Positions 1 through 9,128 of a stretch of 20,000 nt of DNA are shown here, piece after piece (position 1 is the stretch's first letter; every line of letters starts with the position of its first letter). The stretch spans positions 51,985 to 71,984 of the forward strand of contig JALAGF010005397.1 in assembly GCA_030167865.1 (NCBI GenBank). Reading direction: 5' to 3'. The DNA is from Craspedostauros australis (Eukaryota). Below the pieces are notes generated by a model. That model made no database searches. It had not been told where the DNA came from and saw nothing but the letters and a program-made list of their open reading frames with translations. The position numbers were made by a program, and so were the translations under genes.

Positions 1-863
1 TCAGCGGAAGCATCGGCCTGCGCGTATCGCACGGCATCACGCAGAGCCCTCCCATCCATGCGAACTTCATACAAGGCCCCGTGCAAGCAGTACACCAGCT
101 CCAAGTTCGGATGAGCATGCAATTGGAACTGGCATGCTGGCCCGCAATGCATCAAACCCCACTGCAAAGAGCGTTGATTCGATTTGGAAGTCTGCAACAG
201 TTCCAGCAAATCCTGGCCAACATTGTCCCCGCGGACTTCGGAAGGGTTGTCCTTGTCCTTGTTCGCCGTTCTACCGCCTATCGACTTGATGACCTCCTGC
301 CACTTCTCGGTGATTTGACCCGCATCTGTCCTTGATAAGTTATGGTCAAAGTCTGGCGATGCTGGTTTTCGTAACGACGGTTCTGCGCGATGCTCTCCAA
401 ACGAGGTCGTCTGCGCCGAATCGGTGAACACCTCGTATCCGAACTTGCGCAACAGAGCGAGTCTGGCAGAAGCTTGCCATAGCTCAGCGTCGTTGTCGGC
501 CTTTGCTCCATCGTCTTGCTCCGTGTTGTGGCCATGGTTGCGCCCGCTGTTTCCATGATCATCCCCACCATCGCCGACGTCATGGCTTCCGATCGTCCCG
601 CCGGCGTCTCGGATGAATTTCATCAGCTCCGTGCCATCGGGCCATCGTGTGGCATGATCGATGTTCACCGTATCCACAAGTGGGGTCACCTTCACGGAGC
701 CAGGTTCTGGTATTGGAAATGGCATTGCACCACGAGGTAGTTCGGGTGTGGTGCCTGGAACGAGGAGTTTCCACGCTGTCTTCCTTCCTCTTCGGACAAC
801 TGTGGAATGCTTGCACGATTTCGATGGTGCTGGGGTCGGTGGCACCTGCGTTGCTGCTTTCAT
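1..863 (-). CDS. Cupin-superfamily protein, 3'-truncated by the window edge (at least 287 aa)
   Basis: Manual translation from ATG 863 (MKAATQVPPTPAPSK...) is stop-free to position 3, so the ORF track missed it. It contains GPACQFQLHAHPNLELVYCLHG (HxH at 111-119, E at 99-101, G at 78-80), resembling cupin motif 1, G-x5-HxH-x3,4-E-x6-G (one extra residue before HxH). An in-frame TGA near 943 makes 863 the first ATG unless there is an upstream exon. Confidence 0.75.
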   Translation of the reverse strand, partial: MKAATQVPPTPAPSKSCKHSTVVRRGRKTAWKLLVPGTTPELPRGAMPFPIPEPGSVKVTPLVDTVNIDHATRWPDGTELMKFIRDAGGTIGSHDVGDGGDDHGNSGRNHGHNTEQDDGAKADNDAELWQASARLALLRKFGYEVFTDSAQTTSFGEHRAEPSLRKPASPDFDHNLSRTDAGQITEKWQEVIKSIGGRTANKDKDNPSEVRGDNVGQDLLELLQTSKSNQRSLQWGLMHCGPACQFQLHAHPNLELVYCLHGALYEVRMDGRALRDAVRYAQADASA

Positions 864-1189
864 TTCGGTTTGGGCAACATGCGCACACGATTCCTCGTTG
901 ATGATTCTCTTTTGTGGGAAATCTGTCGAATCCAATCTGGTTCAGGGTCTCAACAATCACCAAACTCCAACGAGCAGAGTCGCGGAACTACGCAACTGTT
1001 CAAGATTATGATGAGCATCATTGCGCTGCTCGCTCTGTCTCAATACTCTCGTGGGCGACTGCAGCAGTTTAGAATGTATTTTACGTGGAGTATAGGTGTA
1101 TTGTGGAGTCCACATGGCGCCGCGTACCCATTCATCCACCCTGCACTACTCGTATGAATACACCGTGTCTAATGCACTGTGTGTTACGA

Positions 1190-1524
1190 CTACTCTTTCG
1201 TCTCTGCCTCAACATCGAGCAAACCCAGCTGGTCCAGCATGAAGGAGTAGTCGTAGGCCAGTTCGCGAAGGTACTTGTAGCGGTCGCTGGCGCTGAAATG
1301 CCCAGCGCTCATGTCCATCTTTAAGCACACTGGTCCCGAATCCTTTGAGGTGAGGTGGCGCAGGCTTGCCACGAACTTCGTTGGCTCCCAGTACTGGACG
1401 CGAGGGTCGTGCAGACCGGCTGTCAGCCAACAGGCCGGGTACTTGGCGTCCTTCTTAATCGTCTTCATTGGACAGTACTCCATCATGTACTGGAAGTACT
1501 TGCTTTCGTTTGGATTTCCCCATT
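1190..1524 (-). CDS. ptrB: Oligopeptidase B paralogue 1, exon 2 (catalytic Asp and His)
   Basis: After acceptor ATACAG it reads (E)WGNPNESKYFQYMMEYCP...AGLHDPRVQYWEP...SAGHFSASDRY...ETKE*. Exons total 2284+335 = 2619 nt, 872 aa. Confidence 0.95.
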
Positions 1525-1971
1525 CTGTATCAGTAATCGTCCATCATTGGTATTATAGAAGAGTGTATCGCAATGCGAATAGAGCATATTGGTAAGAGGC
1601 CAGATCATTCCGCAGTCAAGACAGGATCGGCGTGTCCACAGCAGCAGCAGTGCCAAGCAAAAGAAGGCGCGTTAGAATGCAGAACACATGTCGAGTACGA
1701 TAAAAAAACTGCTGTCCTTGGACCGAGATGCTCAGAAGCCAACGAAGAAGCCAGTCTGTGCTGCGAACCAAACCCAACCCCAAGACGGTGCACAGATCAC
1801 CAGCAAACCAAGCCACATGATGATGATGATGATATCCACGCATGCAGCATTCATGGAGGTCTTTTCCATCTGCCTCCTACTTGAAGGCTGAAGAGAGCCC
1901 TGCGCAAACACTGGGCAGGACAACACAACGGCAATCCAGCACACCACACCACGCCACACGACATCACTTAC
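1525..1971 (-). other. Spliceosomal intron, phase 1, 447 nt, in OPB paralogue 1
   Basis: Donor G|GTAAGT at 1971-1966, acceptor TACAG| ending at 1525. Splicing restores PLTPGEWV-E-WGNP. The intron has an immediate in-frame TGA. Confidence 0.93.
1817..1833. repeat. (ATG)n microsatellite within the intron
   Basis: atgatgatgatgatgat. Confidence 0.8.
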
Positions 1972-4255
1972 CAACCCACTCTCCTGGCGTCAGCGGGATC
2001 GAGGCATCAATCATGGTGTTGACGACGTCCACGAAAGGCACGCCGAGCATGGCGACCTTGAACAGATCAGGTGCCTGGTTGATCGAGGAGCCGATGAGCA
2101 TCCCCCCTGCGCTTCGCCCTTCGCAGGACATCAATTCCGACGTCGTCAGCTTCTTCTCATTCACCAACCATCGCCCAACGTCCACAAAGTCATTGAACGT
2201 GTTCTTCTTGCAGAGGTACTTTGCGCCGTTGGGGGCCTCATACCAAGGGCGGCCCATTTCCGCGCCACCACGAATGTGAGCGAGCACGTAGATCATGCCA
2301 CGATCGAGCAAGGGCAGCCTGGTGGCACGGAAGCTTGCCTCGACGCAGATCCCATAAGATCCGTATCCGTACAAATGCAGCGGGACGGGCGTTCCCCCAA
2401 CAGCCTTCTCCATCACGTCCTTGCGGTAGACGATGCTGACGGGGATCTCAGTCTTTCCATCGCGTGATGTTACAGTGATGCGGTCGCATCCGTAGTGTTC
2501 CTTCTTGTAGCCGATGACCTTCTTCTCCTTCAACACGGTGCGGTCGTCTTGCGGGTTGGTCAATGACACGAGGAGGTGCTGTGTCGGAGTGACGAGAGAG
2601 TCATACGCAATCGCAACGTGCGTAGTCTCAAAGTCCGCGTTGCTGGACAAGCCGACATCGTGCGCGGGCTCGTCGAAGGTGAGCATCTCCATTGCTTTGG
2701 GTTTGGTTTTCGTTTCTACGTCGAAGGACAGGATCCAAACTCTGGGAATGCCACCTTCTCGACCTCCCAAACAGATGTGCGTGTCGAAGATCTGGACGCC
2801 TTCCAGGGACCGTCCGTGGCCGCCATCGAAGAGCGGGGTGTCATCTGCTGCTTTTGGGTCTGTTACGACCTTCCAGTCATCGGCGCTCTCGGATTTGACG
2901 GGGCTGGTGAAAAGCCTCATGTTCGGCGTACCTCCAACGTTCGAAGTGATCCAGAACTGGCCGTGCCTATGGTCGACATCGTACAGCACCTTGTCTCGGC
3001 GGCTTGCGACGCATTGCAGCGTGGCCGCAGGGTCGTTGAGGTCCAGGTAGTGAGCCTCTGACGTTTCTGTGGATCCAAACTCCAAGAAGAGGAACTTGCC
3101 GTCCTTGGACTTCGAAACGTAGCCGTAGAACAGATCGTCGTTGTCTTCGAAAAGCATGGTATCCGGGGAATCGGACTTGAGATCCTTCTTCCACAGCTGG
3201 TATGGGCGTTGATTTGGATCCAGCCGCATGTAGTACAGGATCGTATCGTCGGCACCCCAAACTAGGTTCCCGCTAACTTCGAACTTCTCATCCTCGAACA
3301 GGATCTCCTTCGTCTCCAGATCCTGGACGATCATCTCACAGATCTCATTGCCTGTGTAATCGATGGAGTACGCCAGCAGCTTTTGAGACGGTGACGTCCG
3401 TGCCTCACCCAAAGCGCAGTAGGCCTTGTCCTTGCCTAGTTCGTTGACATCGAGATAGACCTGCTCTCCTTCCAAAATCGGCTTGTCGGCTGTTCCGTCC
3501 CATTCGATGCTTCCGAGTTCGGACGACGTCATCGGGGCTCTACAGTAGGTCGTGTAGGACTTGCCCTCGAAGGTTCGAGTGTAATACCAGTACTTGCCAC
3601 CCTTCGGACGTGGAACTGTGTAGTCGGTTTCCTGGATGGAGCTTTTGAGCTCTTCATAAATGGTGTCCTTGATCGCGGAGAGGTGCTTCGTTTGAGCTTC
3701 CGTGTAGGCGTTTTCGGCCTTGAGCAGGTCCAGCATCTCTGGGTTGGTGCGTTTGTCATCTCGGATCCATCCGTATGGATCAGGAACGGCCACCGGCGGA
3801 TCCATGAGCTTCTCGGTCGACGTGTCGGATTGGCGTGGGACCTTGGGATCCCACCCCTCAGGGGCCACACCTGCGTACACGACGCGATCCTCGTCGCGTC
3901 TTGCGACCGGAGGGATCGGCGCATCGCCCGCAGCAGCGGCGTCTGCCGTGGCTCCTGTTGATGCTGTGGAGGCCATTGTCAACGCTGTAGACACTGTAGA
4001 GACTGTGGATGCGATCGAACGCGGAGAGGATCGGCGCAACGCAGAAAGCACGAATGCGTTGCGGTGCGCGGCCCTGCTGCTACCGAGTGGGAGTCTGTGG
4101 ATTGGTGCTAATGCAGCGACGTTGCGTGGCAGAAGCAGGCACGTAGATGACAGAATGGTGATGATGGCGATGGCGGCAGTGCTGGCACTGAAGATGGAAG
4201 CAGCAGCCGGGGTTCTGCTCGTAGTTGTTTGTTTGTTCAAGTTTGTGTGCAGCAT
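1972..4255 (-). CDS. ptrB: Oligopeptidase B paralogue 1, exon 1 (presequence, beta-propeller, hydrolase domain with catalytic Ser)
   Basis: ATG at 4255. S9A motifs DPYGWIRDD, YYTRTFEGKSY, LYGYGSYG, HIRGGAEMGRPWYE, KKNTFNDF, EGRSAGG (nucleophile) and VPFVDV. Confidence 0.95.
3974..4255 (-). other. Predicted bipartite signal + transit peptide (complex-plastid targeting) of OPB paralogue 1
   Basis: Hydrophobic AAIAIITILSSTCLLL, then NVAA|LAP (ASAFAP-like, Leu at +1), then an R/S/T/A-rich acid-free stretch ending in TALTM94. No D or E in the first 104 aa. Confidence 0.65.
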
Positions 4256-4899
4256 TGCAGGAAGTTGTTGATGCGGAGCAACGTACGACTACGCTTAGCG
4301 CAAGTATAGCTCGTACTCTGTTCTTGTTCGGGTGGTGACAGGCTGATGTGTCTCCCCTTCTCCTTGGTTCTTTTGTGGTCGCATGGGGTGTTGTTCTGCC
4401 TGGAGAGATCCAACCAAGCACAGCGGCAGATCTTCGCAACGCGCATCTCTCCCCTCGCATCGATGTCTCTCCTCGGATTTTGACACACCCGTATCTTGTT
4501 CTTGGATTTTTGGTCGAGCGAGTCATACAGCTACCTGGTGGCAAGCTGTCCAACGAGGTTACTCAACGCGAGACCAGACTGCGCATAGCACTTCGGGCCC
4601 AGGTGGACACCAAGACTAGTAGTCGTAAGTACACCGGGGATGAACGTCATTAGCATTCAAAGGTACACTCGCACTTGCACGATACATACTATACGTGTGT
4701 ACAAAGAGTACCATGTTCATGTAACTTTAACGGCCCACCAGGAGTGTACGTAAGTACTAGCTGCGATGAGAGTGCTGCACTATCCGCACAGTCGTCTACT
4801 GCAGTCGTCTGCTATTATACATTACATATAGTGCATGGCACGTTGCATGTACATACGTAGAGGAGGTTGCCTCCGTGTCTCCTTGAGCGTGACCGCTGA

Positions 4900-5216
4900 C
4901 TAAACTTGGGCCAGACCAACCTCATTCAAGAGGAAAGCGAAATCAAAGGCCTTTGATTCCAGGTACTTGTAGCGGTCGCTCTGGCTGAAGTGACCGGCAC
5001 TCATCTCCACCTTGAGACAGACGGGGCCGGAGTGCTTGCCCTGCTCGTGTCGCAAGGTTTGCGCCATCTTGGTCGGCTCCCAGAAAGCCACGCGTGGATC
5101 GTGCAGACCACCCAAAAGCAAAATGCTGGGGTACTTTGCATTCTTCTGCACATTGTTCATCGGCGAGTAACTCATCATGTACTCGAAGTACTTCTTTTCG
5201 TTGGGATTGCCCCATT
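4900..5216 (-). CDS. ptrB: Oligopeptidase B paralogue 2, exon 2
   Basis: After acceptor GCGTCAG it reads (E)WGNPNEKKYFEYMMSYSP...GGLHDPRVAFWEP...SAGHFSQSDRY...LAQV*. With exon 1 from ATG 7880: 2359+317 = 2676 nt, 891 aa. Confidence 0.95.
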
Positions 5217-5521
5217 CTGACGCACCCTCCCAGGAAATGGACCAATCGCGCGGCAGCAGCATGTGTGAGTCTACCGGTACTTGTATGTGGACAGGTGTTG
5301 AAAAAATTGCTGGAATGTTGAACATATGCGTCCGCCATCTCCGCTGCCGAACTGCACCGGACAGGCAGACATAAACTTTCGACTCCGGCCAACGCACAAC
5401 TTCTGTAGCTCCAGAGCGGCCCGCACGAATAAGCATACGATTCACGGACCAACTTTCGCACGGGAACAGCAAAGCAGCGCGCACTACAGCGTTGTTTTGC
5501 TTGCTGCTCATTGACTCGTAC
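5217..5521 (-). other. Spliceosomal intron, phase 1, 305 nt, in OPB paralogue 2
   Basis: Donor G|GTACGA at 5521, acceptor TCAG| ending at 5217, candidate branch point CTCAC at 5270-5266. Splicing restores PLTAGEWE-E-WGNP. Confidence 0.92.
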
Positions 5522-7880
5522 CTTCCCATTCGCCCGCGGTGAGTGGAATGGACGCATCGACCATGGTGGCCATCAGATCGACGAAAGGGACGCCCAAAAT
5601 CGCCATGCGGAACAGATCCGGGGCTTGGTTGATGGATGCGCCGATCGTCATGCCACCTGCGGAACGCCCTTCGCACGAAAGCAACTCCGGCTTGGTCCAT
5701 TTCTTCACTTCGACAAGCCATTTGGCGACGTCAATGAAATCGTTGAATGTGTTCTTCTTGCAAAGGTACTTGCCGCCGTCCGGTTCCTCGTACCATTGCC
5801 GTCCCATCTCGCCTCCACCTCGAACATGGACGACCACGTACACGATGCCACGATCGAGCAAAGGCAGGCGAGATGGGGAGAAGCTGTCCTCGATGCTCAC
5901 ACCGTAAGTTCCGTATGCGTACAGGTGGAAATGAACCTGCTTGCCGTGATCCCTTGCTTGATCCATCACATCTTTGCGATACACGAGAGAGATGGGAATC
6001 TCAGTGTGACCATCACGCGAAGGCACCGTGATTCTGACGCTCTCGTAGTTGTCTTGAATATAGCCTTCGACCATCTTCTGCTTGATGACCTCGCGGTCCG
6101 CCTGAGGCTGCTTCAGCGATACTTTAATGTATTGGTGCGGGGACACCAACGATTGATAGCCGATGATAATGAACTTTGCCTTGTATTCCCAATTGGCTGC
6201 AAGAGAAACATCATGGGCAGCCTCGTCAAACTCCAGTCTACCTAAGCTCGCGACGTTCATTGTCTTGGTTACTCTGAGTACCCATATACGCGGAATGCCA
6301 CCCTCTCGGCCTGAAAGGACGACGAACAGTTCAGACACCTCTAGGCTGTTGATCGCAATCTCTGCGGAGCCATCTGTGATTGGTCCATTCTTGTCGGGGT
6401 GCTTCGCGAGCTCCCAGTTGCCGTATTGGTCTCCCACCTTGTCGTTGCCGCCATCTTTCTCAGGATCCGACAGCGGTGCCGTGTACACTTGCAAGTTCGG
6501 TGTACCGTCCTTATTGGAGAGGATCCACCAATACCCGTTGCGGTGTGCCGCAGAGTAAATGACGCCTTCATTGCGTGGTGAGATGCATTCCAACTTCGCG
6601 CCTGCGGTGGTGAGGTCCAGATAGTGCACTTCCGAGGTTTCCGTTGAATCGACGGCCACCATGAGGTATTTGTCGTCCAGTGACTTCCAATGCCCCATCC
6701 AGAACAGCACGTCATTCTCCTCCAAAATCAGATCGTCGTTGTTTTCTGACTTTCCACTCTCCGCTTCCGCCGCTGCGCCCGCCGACGTGCCAGTGTTATT
6801 GCCAGCGCCATTGCCCGTGCCACTGTCGCTGTTGCCGCTGTTTCCATCTGTAGAAGCCGAGAGGGTTTTGCGGTAAAGGCGGTTCGGTCTTTGGGCGTCG
6901 TCGATACCGAGGTAGAAGACAGTGTCGTCATCCGCTCCCCATTCGACAGTGGAGGAGATGCGCATGTCGTCATCTTCAAAGATGACCGTGTCGGTCTCCA
7001 GATCATGGACGACAAGATGGTACACTTCGTTGCCGACGAAGTCCGCCGTGTACGCGAGGCGTTTCTGGGACGGCGAGATGGAGAGCGATCGGATCCCGCA
7101 GCTCGCCTTTTCTTCGCAGACCACATTTTCGTCAAGGTAAACCTTCTCGCCCTTCAGCAAGGGGGATTGCGGCAGCGCATCCCATGCTTCCAACGTTTCC
7201 GCAAGATGGTCGTTTTCCTTGACGGGCGCGCGGCAATGCAGTGGATACGGCTGGTCTTTGACGACGCGCCGATAGTAGTAGTAATCGCGATCGGCGATGG
7301 GCAACGATGCATCCGTTTCATCCACGTAGGAAAGGAGTTCGTCGTAGATCTTCTTACGGAGTTGCTTGAGATGCTTCGTCATGTACTCGGTGTAGTTGTT
7401 CTCTGCGTGAATGTGATCGAGCACTTCGGGATCTGATCTGGTGTCATCGCGCAGCCATCCGTATGGGTCGTCGATCGCCAATGGAGGGTCAAGTAGAGGC
7501 TCCTGCGAAGTCTCGGCCTGCCTCGGAATGCTCGGATCCCAGCCATCGGGCGCAACGCCTGCGTAGAACACTCGGTCTTCTTCGCGACGTGCCACCGGTG
7601 GGCTGACCTTGCCGTTGTTCTTGTTTCGACCGGAATTGGGCGTCGGCTTCGAGGAACCCTTCGTCCCCGTTTGGTGATGATCACCGACGAAGCCCGGGTA
7701 CAGATAACCGACCGTCCACCCCATCGCAATCAACGCCATCACCCATACTCCCAGCAGCTTCGAGCACCACGATCGGCCCAGCAGCCACGTTGAAGCGACC
7801 TGTCGACGACGCCGTCCCTCCGACGATGCGCGTGAGGTCAGAGGCTCCTCGTCGTCAAAGTTGTCTTGGTACGGAGCCAT
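5522..7880 (-). CDS. ptrB: Oligopeptidase B paralogue 2, exon 1 (N-terminal membrane anchor, propeller, catalytic Ser)
   Basis: The track start at 7964 is GTG. The first in-frame ATG is 7880 (MAPYQDNF), with an in-frame TAG at 8006-8004. Motifs DPYGWLRDD, LYAYGTYG, HVRGGGEMGRQWYE, KKNTFNDF, EGRSAGG, VPFVDL. Confidence 0.93.
7698..7757 (-). other. Predicted transmembrane signal-anchor of OPB paralogue 2
   Basis: LLGVWVMALIAMGWTVGYLY (20 uncharged residues) preceded by basic GRRRRQ...R...K, consistent with type II topology. Confidence 0.65.
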
Positions 7881-9128
7881 GGTTGCTTGCGATGCTGGTT
7901 GTGCCAATGCTGATACTCTTGCGAATGCAGTTGCGAATGCAATTGCAATTATTGTACCTTCCACAGCGTTGCTTGTTTCAATTGGGAGGATGGTACTATG
8001 CGACTACACGTACTCTACTATTATGGTATGGCGCCATACGCATGTGTTGTGCAATGACGGCAGAGCACCACGTTTGTCTTTCGCGACAGGATACCCAAAC
8101 AGGGCGTGCGTGTTCCCCCCTGCGACAAACGAGAACGCGATCCGTTTCGCTGCTGTTCGCTTTCGTTCTGCTCTTTTGTTTGTTTGGCGAAGATCTCGTT
8201 TGCTGCACAGGACTGGAACGTGGGCGATGCAGTGCACGGCATCGTTCTGTACTTACTACTTGTACGAGTATGTACGTATGTAGTGAGGGCATACTAATGC
8301 GGGACGCGATATAGCAGTAGGTACTGCATTCTATTATATTATACTCAGAGTAGTGCGCACTCTCACTTGCACAAAGGTTGTCGTCGAAGAGCGCGTGGCA
8401 CAAGATACTCTGCAGTAAGAATAGACTCCAAGCAGCAATGCGAGGCTGCCATGGCGACTCCACAAACGTCTGTTGGGGCTCGTTCACTGAACCGGACTGG
8501 ATTCTGCCTTCTTGATTTGTTCCGTGCCGCGAACTCGAGAGCGCCAGGACTGCACGTTTTCGCGGGAGAATCATAGAAATATGGCACCGCAGGCAGGGAT
8601 ACCACTCGTGCATTTAATCGAAGATTGTAGAGTAATGTGCCTCGTGGTGATCAATCTGTCCCGTAATTTGCGTTTCTCCAATACTCGTATGGGTGGCCCT
8701 TGTGTGGGTGCTCGTCTTTGTTGGCATCGCATATGCATGGTACGAGCGCTCGTACTATGCGCACTCGTGAGCAGGAGTACTCTTCCACAGTACATTCAGA
8801 GGAAAAGCGTGCGAAGGATTTGCTGCGCACTGAGGGCGGAGGCTGGAATGCTGATTGCCTCGGCGGCCCTTCTTGGCCATTGTCGAAGCGCGGTTTGAAT
8901 CATTGGGCGCTCGCTGGCACCCTATCTATTGGTACTCCGGCAGACCTATCGCTCGTAGCTGCGCGCATACGAAACCAGCGAAACCTTGTGTCTTGGCACC
9001 TTGGGGCACATGCCGATGCCCATGCCCATACCAATTCCCGTACCCTGCTGATGATCATGCGGGCTGTATCTCCAAGGATGCCTGTGACAGCCCAAAAATA
9101 TCGCTCGCTCGCTTGTTAGTTCGCTGAT

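Noticed and set aside
1817..1891. Box C/D snoRNA-like ATGATGA...CTGA in the OPB1 intron
   Set aside because: It is antisense to the host transcript, and the C box is part of an (ATG)n microsatellite.
5217..5721. N-terminal part of track ORF 4900..5721 as a separate gene or frameshift
   Set aside because: Explained by the 305-nt GT-AG intron; the upstream residues are off-frame exon and intron sequence.
7881..7964. Signal-peptide-like extension VEGTIIAIAFATAFARVSALAQP upstream of OPB2
   Set aside because: It starts at GTG with no ATG before the in-frame TAG at 8006-8004, and its hydrophobicity comes partly from a short GCATTCGCAA repeat. A relic or non-AUG start cannot be excluded but is unsupported.
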